A stretch of DNA of 63,363 nt, the filler included, from Streblomastix strix (taxonomy: Eukaryota), in the NCBI GenBank assembly GCA_008636045.1. It is 2 parts of 2 records of this genome, joined end to end, with 100 filler letters (N's around TTAATTAATTAA, not from the genome) between each part and the next. Parts side by side here need not be neighbours in the genome. Positions count along the whole stretch, not along the records: positions 1 to 31,676 come from SNRW01000079.1; positions 31,777 to 63,363 come from SNRW01000080.1. The stretch is one strand, 5' to 3'. Shown one piece after another: positions 26,892-39,588 of this stretch. Every line of letters begins with the position of its first letter. Within the stretch, counting starts at the first letter, position 1. The position numbers were made by a program, and so were the translations under genes. Below the pieces are notes generated by a model. The model was not told the origin of the DNA, ran no database searches, and was given only the letters and a program-made list of their open reading frames with translations.

Positions 26892-28004
26892 TCATTGTCT
26901 ATTTTAAACGAACTTATATTTAGCTAAGTCATAACCACCTATTTATTGTTATCTCTATGCTATATATTAGCTAAATATTTACATGGCTTATCTAATTGCT
27001 TCCTTAATCCTAGTATCGACATCTTTGTCTTAATATAGTTGAGCAATAACGGAAAGCATTTCTTTCTTATTTATTCTTTTAGCAATTGGAAAATATTCGT
27101 AATATCTTTTTTCTACATGAATTTTATTATTTCTGTTATATTAGTCTATTTTTCTTTCTTACTATTCTAATCGTTCAACAGCAGGATTAGTAAGTACTGA
27201 ATTCCAAACAGCTGCTATGACTTATAATTTGGTTGTCATTTGCATTTATGCGCTTCCATTATCGTTTACATGTTTTTTTGTCATATTTGTGAATGCTCTG
27301 AAACTATAACACTTTGTTTCTCTTACTTTACGAGGCTAAGTTTATGATAGCCATTTCATATAAGGACCATCTTTTATTCCTGATAATTTTAATTTGGCTG
27401 CCAATGCAGTTCGCTCAACATCATCAACATCTGTATAATATTATTTCTTCCAATTTTCTTAATGTTAATTGTTTTTATCACCAAATTTTACAACTATTGT
27501 TTAACCATCGATTGAATATATTGCATTATTTTTCCTATCATATACATCCTCATTATCAGGAGTGGCTTCATTATCATCTAAGACTTATTCAAGCACATCA
27601 AATCGATTACAATATTATTTATCTTATATATATTTTTGAGCACTGACGGAGGACGATAATCAATCAATTTTCTTAATGTCCCTGTTTAAGTAACCAACGA
27701 GTGTTGCAAGAATATCCCCTGCTTCTTCCTTAAATTATGGGCCTGTATATTTTCTTGTTGTTTGAATAAGTTATGGCAGGAACGGCAGCCTATCATCCGG
27801 TTTTGCTCGTGATTTCATTCTGTCCAATCTTGTGACTTGTGCTTCATAATAATCGTAATCACCCTCCATTCCATCAACTTCCATCATACTCTCATCTAAT
27901 TACCCACCTGAACCTTACTTTCTTTTTGCTACAAATTTTAGACTTTTGTTTGCATCTTTTTCGTTAACTATGTATTGTATTTTTTATAAGGTTAATGATG
28001 ACAT
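26892..28004 (-). pseudogene. Hypothetical element-borne protein (~370 aa, frameshifted), divergent from the ATPase
   Basis: ATG at 28004 and TGA at 26892, ~30 bp inside the box; intronless and coding-like under TAR=Gln. Confidence 0.5.
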
Positions 28005-28045
28005 TCTAATATTTTTTGTTAAAGAATTTAATTTATTATTTAAAA

Positions 28046-28832
28046 ATGGCGAGTTTTACATAAAAAATGGATAAAATGTTAAAAGAAATAAAAGTGACTA
28101 AGCATGAGGTTTAAACTATTATTCATAATGAATTAAACTTTATAAATAATTCTGTAAGTTTATTGATAGGTTAGCGTGGTAGTGGTAAGATATACAATAT
28201 CTATAAAGAAATAGTTAAATTTAACTAATTAGAAAAACATTGTTAAACTCTACTCATATACATCAGCGACTCAAATAATGACATTTCTTATAAAAAATGA
28301 AAGATTTAATAAAAATTCCAACATAAATTGTTCCAAATGCTGAAGCGGATTATGTGTTGAATTATTTAATCAAATATAAATAAGCGTACTATAAAATATA
28401 AAAAAAATAATTATAAAAGAATTATCGAAAGAATCAAAAGATAATATATTAACCAATATATTTGGAGCTAGTGGAGGAGGTAATTTTGACGTTAAATTTT
28501 CTCATATTATTGTTCTATTTGACGATGCAATGAGTATATTTAAAAATAAAAATAATCCACTATTTAAGAGTATATTTAAGAACAGATTGCCCAGAATAAC
28601 ATATTTCTTTTGTTTATAAGTCACCATTGGTTTAAATACTGCTATTAAATCTTATCTCGATTCAATATGATTCTTCGGTTCATTTATCAAATTAAAATTT
28701 AATTAATTTTTCTATTAATCATCTATTCCATCTGATAAAGAAACAATATGGTATGAATATGTTCGACTTACTAAATAGTAACAATTAGTGGTATAATATG
28801 AAATGAGTAGAATAGTTGTTAGAATAATATGA
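28046..28832 (+). pseudogene. A32/FtsK-like genome packaging ATPase, decayed
   Basis: Walker A 'LLIGQRGSGK', Walker B 'IIVLFDDA', and 'FKNRLPRITYFFCLQ' (Arg-finger/Gln motif); ~260 aa with lesions. Confidence 0.8.
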
Positions 28833-28845
28833 AAAAATTAACGAT

Positions 28846-28995
28846 TTGGCCAGATGCCCAGTTGGCCACAGCTTTTTATGAAAATTTCAGAGTCGGTCCA
28901 CTCAATCCACACGATCCAGTCAAAAGTTATTCATAAGCCATATCAATTTTTCGTGCCAGGTAATGCTTAAACAAAATGACTCAGAACATCCAAAA
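28846..28995 (-). repeat. Inverted (right-hand) subterminal box closing module B
   Basis: ttggccagatgcccagttggccacagctttttat...ccagtcaaaagt is the reverse complement of the family consensus. Confidence 0.8.
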
Positions 28996-29159
28996 ACTAG
29001 TCTAGTTTGTGTTCAATCCTATTCAATTAATCTTTGGCACAAGTTTTTATATATATTTAACCTTATATTTTTGATAATTTATAACCTCCCAATTTATATA
29101 ATTTATATAATTATTACGTTGTTATTTTTGATAATTATTATTAATTTTAGGAAATAAAT

Positions 29160-29706
29160 TATTTGAAATCGTTTAAGGTCTAAAATTGTTTTATTTCGTT
29201 GGTCATTCCTTCGACCCCCTCCTTGAGTGGAATTTCTTCTTATTCATCTGTTTCTATTTATAATTTTGAAGAGAGTTAATTGTTTTTTCAGTTGTTAAAT
29301 AATATTCTTTCCATTTTATTTCAACTGAAATAAATTAAATTCTTGTTCATAATTGCGGTTCAAGTTATATATTCATGCATTCTTTTTTTATAAAATTATC
29401 AGTTAAATCCTATTTGAATATAAATTTTGTTCCATTAAATTAAATATCTATCAATTTTTTGTTTAAATTTTCTTAGACGGTTTCATTTTTGGTCATAGCA
29501 ATACATTCTTATTCATTGTACAATAATGCATATTTTAATTCAAATATCAATTTACGATTAAACCATTTCTTGTATTTTCTTCGAATATTTAATATTGCAT
29601 TATTTTTTTCATCAACTTCTATATATTAAACGGCTAGAACATAAGCTGTTTCTTTGCCTTGTGGCATGATTCTTGGTTTCCATTGTTATATTTCATTATC
29701 TTTCAT
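29160..29706 (-). pseudogene. Decayed hypothetical ORF (MKDNEIQQWKPRIMPQGKETAYVLA...)
   Basis: Intronless coding-like stretch between modules; no motif recognised. Confidence 0.35.
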
Positions 29707-29952
29707 TTATATTTATTCTTTTAATTAATTATTTTTAGATTTCGTTTCTTCCATTTTTCTATCAAATATTAATGAAATTTTATCAGCCAAAGATGTATAA
29801 TCATCTAATTGATATTCAAAATGAATTCTTTCATCTAATAAAACCGTTATTTCATTAACATAACCTCAATATTTAATTTAGATTGCAAACTCCAATTATA
29901 TTTTTATATATAAAAATGTTAATAAAACTTTATAGAGCCAGAATCCAATATT

Positions 29953-31060
29953 AGTAGTTAATGAAAAGGACGATGCCCTCACATTGATAAACGCAGTGAT
30001 TTGCCCACATCAGAAATAACCAGTGATATTACGAATTGCTGACATATGAAAAACGAATAGATTATCCTGAACTAAAAATCATGGAATAAATTGATATTAA
30101 TAAAGAAATATGGATAAAATAATAAACAATAAGATTTATGAATATCATTAATAATGAAAAATAATTGATATGATTTACGATATGTGTTAATAAAAATAAA
30201 TAATTGATATGATTTCTGAACCTCACAAACGAATAGGATTTAAGCAATATTTCGGGCATCGTCCTTTTTCATTAACTGCTTATAGCCCAAATCAATGATT
30301 TGACCGAAGCGTACTAACATATATTGGTTATTTGACTATGTCCGATTAAGCTTTCACTGACGAAATTGAGATAATGGCATCGACTAACTGATCGATGATT
30401 GAAACACATTATTTGATGAAATTAGTGATGATGAACAGTTTCAGAATCGATTATAATGGTTGTTTTTGGAATCTACGAGTAAGATATGACCTTAATATAG
30501 CGTATCAAAGTACTATGAAAAACTAAGTTTTTAATCAGAATTTTGACCTATCATAAATTTATTTTATTTTTATTATATAGACTGAAAAATCATAGAAAAA
30601 TTGAAGTTTTTTGAATGACCTGAGAATCAATGTACTAGCCAATGTTGATACGCTGATCACAAATATAATGTTAAAAATGAGTGGATGGACTATTGGATAT
30701 GGCTAAATATGAAAAACAATGAAATTGATTAATGGAATGGATGAATGAAGTTAAATGTCTATACAAATAAAATATGGCAGCCCCTTTGAAAATGGAACAC
30801 GGAATTGTTCCACCATTAGTGTGTGTGTGCTAGCGGAGTGGATAAATGAAGTGAATTGTCTAGGTGGAACAAGGAACGGAACGGAACAAATCCTAGAGAC
30901 GCCAGCAATTTTTGTCTGTCATCTGCCATATGCCATAAATTTGAATTGTGGAGAAATCGATTGAATTACCTTAAATGAAATACAAGACAGATAAGACAAA
31001 ACAAGACAGAAAAATATAAGACGTCTAAAGTTGATGGACAATTGGACAGATGGACAGTTG
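29953..31060 (+). mobile_element. Third Polinton-like left terminal repeat (module C), divergent subfamily
   Basis: agtagttaatgaaaaggacgatgccc (29953-29978) with near-perfect inverted copy at 30254-30280; variant box tggacaattggacagatggacag at ~31035-31057. Confidence 0.65.
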
Positions 31061-31116
31061 AATGAAAATAAAAATTATTTTTCTCAAACTATTTCAATAT
31101 TTCGTCTTTCAGGAAA

Positions 31117-31676
31117 ATGGCATACCTGGCAAATAACACTGAAGACAGTAAACTTACTGAATCAACTGAAAAGAGCATTAAATGTATGACACTTGAGAAA
31201 GGATCAAAAAGGCAATATAATCGTAAATCAAAAACAAATGAGAAAGCTAAAGCATTAATTGATTAGATGATTATTGAATAGAGTAATGGACAGACTAATG
31301 AATAGATAAATGAATAAAAATAAACTAAAGAATAACCCGAGTCTTAAAATGATTTTGATGTATTCTATGAAGTATTTTCTGAATGTTTCACTAAAGCTAA
31401 TGAATAAATATAATCCAAACCAATCAAAGAGAGAATTGATGGAGCAATCATTGATTTATATGAATATCGAAAATTCGCTGATCCAAAATTAAAAAATAAG
31501 TTATTAACAGGACATGTTGTTGATTTGAGCTTGTGCAAAGACGATAATTTATGTATTATTGATTTTGATATCGATCATGCAGGTAAATTGAATGAAGAAG
31601 AAAAAGAGAAAATACGATAAAATATAATCAATAATATGCTTCCAAAGAATGTTGGTTTAGTTCTAACTGCAAGAGG
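31117..31676 (+). CDS. AEP-superfamily primase-polymerase (Prim-Pol), N-terminal part, cut by contig end
   Basis: Open 186-codon frame ending 'NLCIIDFDIDHAG...VGLVLTARG', matching hhhDhD motif I and the start of the T.xGG.H motif II. Confidence 0.65.
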
Positions 31677-31776
31677 NNNNNNNNNNNNNNNNNNNNNNNN
31701 NNNNNNNNNNNNNNNNNNNNTTAATTAATTAANNNNNNNNNNNNNNNNNNNNNNNNNNNNNNNNNNNNNNNNNNNN
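31677..31776. other. Artificial contig-joining linker
   Basis: N44 + TTAATTAATTAA + N44, exactly 100 bp; a six-frame stop spacer. Confidence 0.97.
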
Positions 31777-32319
31777 CCGTTATTCCTCCTTTTCTGAATG
31801 CCGCGATATTTGAAAAGAAATTGGTTACGGCATGTAAGGCCATAACTGCGCGCTGGATTTGATGTCATTGTGTTCCTTTTTCGAAGTCTGTCTGCATTTA
31901 TTTTTAATAGTTTTTTATCTTATTTTTCGTTTTACTCCTAATAGCAATATTAATATTTATTTTAAATGTATCTAATTAGCGTGATAAACTACAATCTATT
32001 AAATTTTTATAATAAATATTATTAATTCTTTCTTAATATTATATGATTTTTATTTTATTTTTTTGTATAAAAATTTATCTGTTCGATTCATTTATTCTAT
32101 TCGGCCGAATTATGCCAAACTCTAATATAATAATTTAACTAATATAGATAAATAATTTTAATTTTATAATCTAAAATTAAAAATATGATAAATAGATAAT
32201 TTATTTTCAATAAATATATTTATGGAAATATATATCTTTATATGACTTATAATTTCAATAAAGAGTGTAGGCCGAATATGACGGCCTGGGTGGTACAAAA
32301 CCCAGAAGAATGGTTGGGT

Positions 32320-32579
32320 TTGTAAACAACCCAGCAGTCAATAAAGGCCTCCACTCTATTCAAATTTGTATTACTTACTGTCTTACGTTTATTTACAGCA
32401 TCAAAAAGCCTGATGACCGCTGTGGAGGTTTCTGATAATAATATATAAAAACAAGTTCGCATGTCACCGCTACGTAGAATTTGTTATTAATGTCAGTTTG
32501 TTTGATCTTACAAATTTTAAGGGTTGATCGTATTTCAATAAAGTGTGGAGGACATTATTGACGGGTGGGTTGTTTACAA
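32320..32579. mobile_element. MITE-like element with ~34 bp imperfect terminal inverted repeats
   Basis: ttgtaaacaacccagcagtcaataaaggcctccac versus gtggaggacattattgacgggtgggttgtttacaa; no clear TSD. Confidence 0.65.
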
Positions 32580-34847
32580 GTGGATCAACCATTTATCCAT
32601 CTAAAACTTGCGAGAAAGACAAATTCTGCATTATTGATTTAGTGCATCAGACTAAAGTTGACTGTCCATGTCTGATGAAAGGTGATTTAAGAGCTGGTGA
32701 CATTCGTCCTTCATATTGTAAATCAAAAACAGAATTAACAATTAATTGTATTTGTGAATTATAATCTTCATATCCACAATCATCATGTGATAGAGATAAA
32801 TTGTGCATTGTAGATTTAATCCATCAATCAATTTCTAATTGTCTTTGTCTTCAATTTAATGATCAAAAAAGTGAATCAGTTTGCAAATAAACAGTTAATG
32901 AACCAACATATCCTAATCCAACTGATCTAATAATTCTGGATCCAACAGAAAAAGAACCAAAAACCGAATAAGAATAAGAATAAGGAAGTGGATCAAAATA
33001 AGATGAAGAAGATGAATCAAAAAAGAAAGAATCCAGTTCATCAAATATGATATGGATTATTTTCCTTGTAATTGGAATATTAGCTGTTGCAGCAGTAATT
33101 TTAATACTGTTCTTAGTTTTCAGATTAAGAAATAAGAAGAAATCCAATCCAAAAGAAACTAAAAAATAGATAATTAGATATAAAAGATAGATAAAGTTAT
33201 TTAGGAAGAAAAGCATAAGATATTGAATCCATTATCTCAGTAATAAAAAGAACCTTAACCATCAAAAACAGATATAATAAATCGATAAAAATAAATATCT
33301 TCCTCATATAAAATATTACCTTCAATTTAATAAGAACCTTCTTCTTCATCTTTATCTTCTTAATATTTATAAAATTCTATTTTTGCAGTTATATATAGAT
33401 ATATTTAGCTATTTTCTTCATAACAAATGTAACCTATGTAGTAAATATAAGCATAATAACTACAATAACATATATATTTAGAAGATAATCAGAAAAAGAA
33501 AGAACGACCCAAAAGTTAGAAATCAAATTAAAAAGAATTTTAATACCAAAGAAATGTATTCAAAGATTAATAAAATGCATAGATAGAGAATTTAAAATAA
33601 AAACAAATGAAATCAATTTCAATATATTCTCATTCTGATGAAGATACTAAAATTAATAAAAAGAAGAAAAAGAAATAAAAAGAAAAAGTTAAATAAAAAG
33701 ATAATAATAATGGTAATGAGAAAGATCTCAAAAAATCTAGCCAAAGTTTGAAAACAAATCAAAATAAAGATTAACAAAGATAAGGAAATGAAAATGGAGA
33801 AACATTAGAATTCTGATATGAATAGAAATTAATAAGAAATTGAAAAGAAAACAAGATAAAATCCTCAAAATAGAAAAAGTAAAGCAAGAATTATAGATTT
33901 GAAATCAAAAGGCAGGTTTTCAATATTGATATTAATAAATACATATTAATTACATATTAATCTGTAATACATTTAAATTAATTACATAATAATTTATAAT
34001 ATATTCACAATTGTAATTTATAAATATCAGATCAAAGGTCAAGAAATCAAAGTCAGAAGCAAAGTTCGTATATAGAATATTTATAACGATGAAGATTCTA
34101 CAGAAAATATAGAAGATAAAAATGAATAAGAAACGAACAATTTTACTGTAATAAAAGATAATATTAATAAAAAAAAATAAAAAGAAAACAAATAAAATAA
34201 AAAGAAGATAATTCTAATAAATCTAGTGAATTGTCTTCATTGAGCTAATCTTCATCGTCTTTTTTATCATCATCATCATCGTTCAATTCGCCTACTCTTA
34301 CATCATCTTATTCTCGCCATCTAAAAATTTTTGCAAAAACACCATCATCCTTATAAATGTAATAATAATAATAGTTGCAAATATCTTCTTATTCAAATCC
34401 TGATCAATTCACACATCCAAAACCATCTTCGCTTTCATCTGAATTCAGTTTTGATTCTGCTTCAGAAATGCACTGTGAAAGTTCAGATGAAAGTCTTAAA
34501 GAATGTCTTTATTATAATCTACTGAAATGCAAAGATAGTGAATAAGTAGAATAATAAGATATTTAAGATTAAGATTAAGATCCTGAGATAATGAATCAAC
34601 AAATAAAGATGAATAATATTCAGAATTAAGTATGATATAAATATTCAATATTTTTAATTAATATATTTTAAATTAATTATTTATTTATTTACATTTCTTT
34701 TTCTTTTACTATTGAAAATAGCATCCAATTTCACTTTCATAGAATAGTTTATGTAGTTCTGATTCAAACGAAATAAAAGAAGATGAATCGCATCATTCAT
34801 AAAATACAGTCAGCAGTGATGAATCAAAGAAAAAATCAAATTAATGA
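32580..34847 (+). pseudogene. 5'-truncated Cys-rich repeat single-pass membrane protein with long Q/S/E-rich tail
   Basis: 'CEKDKFCIIDLVHQTKVDCPCL..YC..CIC..YPQSSCDRDKLCIVDLIHQ..CLCL', transmembrane 'MIWIIFLVIGILAVAAVILILFLVF' then basic stop-transfer RLRNKKK. Introns ~33916-34030 and ~34630-34721. Confidence 0.7.
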
Positions 34848-35121
34848 TAAAGAAATGAAAAATTTATATTTAAAAGCGCTATTTGAATAAACGATGCAAA
34901 TTTATTGAAATATATTTATTTATATTTCATTTAATTTATACATTCTTTTATACAAACAAGTTTATAAAATTAGTAAAATAATAAAAATAAGACTAAAAAA
35001 GAAAGAAAATGAGGTAAACGGTTAATGTGTGATTACATGAAAAAGGATGAGTTTAGAATAATTTGATTGTATTCCTCTCATTTCTTATAAGCGTTTCCAA
35101 CAGTAAAAAACATAGTTTATT

Positions 35122-38100
35122 TCATTCTTTTCCCCATTCAAGAATTCTTTATCCTTTAATTCCTCCTTTTGCACTTGAATATTAAAGATTCTCGAATTCA
35201 GTGATTGTAAATGATGAATTTTGATCTCTAAGGAAAATCTGTATAAATATAAATATAAGAATATAAATAAAGGGAATGAATTAATGAAATTAAATAATAT
35301 GAATAATTTGATATTGAAATAAATAATATATAAATAAATTAATTGCATGCGAACGAAGAATCTAATCATAGAAGGAATATTTATTACAGATAATGGTTAT
35401 TCTTAGTTATCATAAAAGAATGTAAATGTACGTGGTAAAATATTCATATTAACTTCCATTGCAACAGATTTATTTAATTCAATTGGACTGTTTCCTGGAA
35501 ATCCTTTATATCCTATATGAGAAATTTCACCGCTGAATAAGAATTAGAGAGAAGGAAATAAAGGAAATAATTATTAAGAAATTATAAATATAGCATACTC
35601 ATCATAATAGCGAACAGTCTTTTTTCTATCTTACAAATTTTAAGAATAAATGAAATTAAAATTGAATGAAATAATAATAAAAAATATTAATAATTTATAT
35701 TCTCATTTCTTTTGTATATTTTAAAAATATTTTAATCTTACTTTCACCATCTTCTGGACCTTTTTCAGAACCAAAGACAGTTGAAGAATCAGCAATACCA
35801 ATGCCTAATCAGCAATATGAATAAATAATATTTTAAGAGAATGAAGTTGATGAAAATAAAAGATAATGAAAATTTATCCAAATAAAATAATATATTTCTA
35901 TTCAATATTTTTCATATTGACATACAGAAGTTATATTCTTGGTGATTTTGAAAATACCCTCCGAATCTTACAATGCCACTCTAAATGATAGGATTAAATG
36001 CAATAGACGAATCGCCTTCTTTGTCTGTATGGATTATTTTAATTCCTTCTTAATAAGCATGCTTTCGATCATGTATTTTACCTGCAAGCATATTTGGATT
36101 GAGAGAAGGAAATACTGAAATATATTGAATAGAGAAAATAAAATATGTAATAAGGATAAAATATGATTATTTAACTTTTATTATTAATTATTAAATAATT
36201 AATATTATTCAAATATATAATTTCAAATATTAAACCTGATAACTATGATTGATTAAGTTTTGTAATTTCAGCAGTTAGACGGATAACTTCAGCATGTTCA
36301 GCTTCTGATCTTTCTTTTGCTTGTTTCATTTCTTATTATATAATTCGCGCATGATCTTATGCTTCTATTTTCATCTATTCACTTTCTATTATTCTTTTTT
36401 GAAGAATATTCTTCTCTTTTTCAAATGATATTTTTTCATCTTCAATTCTTTAAATCTCATTTTATGTTCTTTCTTTTCCCAATAACTGTTTCAATCTGGC
36501 ATTTTCAATTAATAAGATTTCATAATCAGCTTTAATCAATATTTTTTCTTCCACGGCTTTTCTTCGCATAATTTCTTCATTAATTTTCATCAATTCCTCA
36601 TTTTTTGCTTTTGTTGTTATATTATTCAATTGTTCTTAGCAAACTTATAATTCATTTTCAATCTATACTTTTTCATTCGAAATTTATTCAATTAATTAAT
36701 TCAATTATTCATTTTGTTGTATTATGTTATTGTTTTATTAATTTTCTTTTTCCAATTCTTTATAAACTGCATTTTCTTTAAATAATTCAAATTCTTTTAA
36801 TCCAACTCTTGTTCCTGCTTCTATCAATTCATCTTCTTATTTTTTGTTTTATTATTATATTTTTTATTCTTTTTCATTTAATCTTATTTCAAGTTCATTA
36901 TTTTATTATATTTAATGCTATGATATTTATTAAGCTTTGGAAATTTAAATTTTGGACAGTCTTAATTCCTTTTCAGCTTATCTACGTTTTACTGTTTCTT
37001 CATTCATCTATTTCTTGAATTATTCTGAATTATTCTATGCATTATTTTTATCTTCTTTTTCTATTAATAAAATATTATCAGCAATAATCTTTTATTTATC
37101 GGATTCAATTCGTTTTAATTTTTCTTCTTTTGATGATTGAATTGCTTTATCTTTCTCTTCAATTTCAATTTTGAGTTTATTTTCTAAATTTTATCTTTAA
37201 GAAATTTGATCAGCAAGTTTTTATTCTATTTCAATAATATCTTTGTTAATCTTATCATGCTAAATTTTGAGAATATTTAGTTCATTTGAAGCATCAAACT
37301 TCATTTTCTATTCTTATTCATAATTTACTTTTAATTTATTAATATCTTCTGAATTTATCTTCAATTATTAATTTAATTTAATATTTTCATCTTCAGATTT
37401 TCTTCTTTAATCTTTTTCATCATTACATTTCTATTATAGTATTTCATAATCTTTAACTTTCTCTTGAATTATTTATTATTTTTATTCTTCAAATTATAAT
37501 TATAATTATTCTTTCTCATCTTTGCTATTTTTAATAAATTATTATAACTACATATTATTTGATTATATCTATTATTCAAACTATTATTTTATTTCTTATA
37601 AGTCTTTCTCAGATTTGTCTAATATTTATTATTTCTCATTGTTATTTTATTATATAATGTCTATTTTTTCTTAATTATTTTCTATTCTTTCATTATCTAA
37701 TATTTCAATTAATTATAATAGTTATTTTTCATTATTTTCAATTATTTATTTCTTTTCAATTAAATATTTTTCTTCATATTATTTATTTAATTTTTCAAAT
37801 TATTGAATTAATTAGTAATTTTCTGTTTTATTATTATCTAATATTTTCTATTTTTCATTATTACATACCAAAATTTATTTCTCTTAATTATCCTTTTATT
37901 GCTTAATTATTAATTCATGCAATTTAAGCAATTTTTCTTTTTCATTCTCATATTTCATAATTATTTCTTATTTTTCACATTTTTCTTTCTCTTACTCTTT
38001 TTAACTTTCATTTTCTTTTTATTTTATATTTTCATTCATTATTTTAATTTGATTATCTCTTTCTAATCTTTTTTGAAGTTCTTCATTGTATTTATTCTAT

Positions 38101-39588
38101 AATATTTATTTATCCATTAATGCACCATCTTTTAATTTACTTTCAGATTTAAGAGTTTATGATAATTAACAATTCGATTCCGATATTTCAATATTCTATT
38201 TCTCCATTTTTTCAGCTCTTTATTTATTATTTAAATTATCTTCTTATTCTCTTTTTAATTAATCCTCAACGGTTTGCCTTAATTAAATCTCTTTTTAGTC
38301 TGATTCGGTCAATTTCTTAATTATTCCATCTTTCTCATTCAATTAAATCTCATTTTTTCTTTACTTAAATTCTGCAGCTCGTTTTTCTTCAATAGATTAT
38401 TTTACATTTTCTAATTCTCTTTCATATTCTTTGTTTCTTTTTGAAAGTTCTTCTTTACATATATCTAATTAGCTTTTCAAATCTTCTGTATCTGCTTAAT
38501 TTGCAGATTGAAAATCTTCTTTTTATTTCTCTAATTATTCAATTTCAGTTCTAAGAGCATTGATCAATGAAAATTGTGATAATTATTCTGAATTAACTTT
38601 ATTTAATCCTCTTTATGAAAGCAATAGAACCAATGTTTTTATATTTTCTTTGAATTTTGTATCTTCATTTTCATCATCTACTTCTTCATTTTAATCTTCA
38701 TTATCATCTTATTAAAATTTGGATTTTGTTTTTTCATTTTAATCTTTCCCATTTTAATTTCTATTTAAATTTTTATCAAGATTTATTAATTCATTCAAAA
38801 ATTCATCCGTTTCAATTGGATCCCATTAACGAATTCCACTCTTAGCTATTTCATGGAGTACATTAACTAAATTAAACAACGCATGAATTGGAACTAATTA
38901 TGATGTATGTGATGAGGAAGATAAAGATGAAGAAGATTGTGTAATCTATTCTGAGAATAATTGTTGTTAAAAGACTTACGCGGATCTTCTGAGAATTCCA
39001 CCTCTTCCACAAACAGACCGTTTGAAATCTTTTCGTTTATTAATTCCTTATATGAAAATATGCATTGTTTCTTCACTATCATGCTCAGATTGAGACTAAT
39101 TAATATTAATATATTAAATAAATAATTGCAAAATAAATATAAAATAAAAATATTTGAAGATATAAGAGCTACAAATAAAAATATATGATATAACATTTAC
39201 AAATAAAATGAATTTATTATACCATAAGAAGTTCAAAAAGGATTGAAATTATGTTCTCAAGTGCAATATTCTTTCCTGGTTTTTTAGCAAATATCGTGTC
39301 GAGTTGCAAATTTTCTGTTTATATATTAAAATAATTGTATGAATATCTCAAATTTGGTAAGTATATCATACCATCTATGAAGTGACGAAGTAATTCATAA
39401 TTTAACTCTTCAGTGCCAGATTCAAGTGCATCAAGAATATTCAGATACTAATTTGAATAAATAATATAAAATAAAAAAAATAATAATAAAAATTGTTAGT
39501 AAACCTTATTAGATCCTGGTCCTTCAACCCTTGGTTAGTTCCGAATGCTATTCGGAAATAGATTCCTTTACGAATCAATGTTTGTCAT
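35122..39588 (-). CDS. Large coiled-coil protein with C-terminal SPRY-like domain (multi-exon)
   Basis: ATG at 39588; ~2.8 kb E/K/Q-rich exon; 'IAFNPIIQSGIVRFGGYF', 'IGIADSSTVFGS', 'GNSPIELNKSVAMEVNMNILPRTFTFFYDNQEQPLSVINIP' and 'LEWGKE*'. Confidence 0.8.

Noticed and set aside
22690..31060. Repeated ~30 bp box as a CRISPR array
   Set aside because: Copies are in both orientations, hundreds to thousands of bp apart, lack unique short spacers, and the context is eukaryotic with no cas genes.
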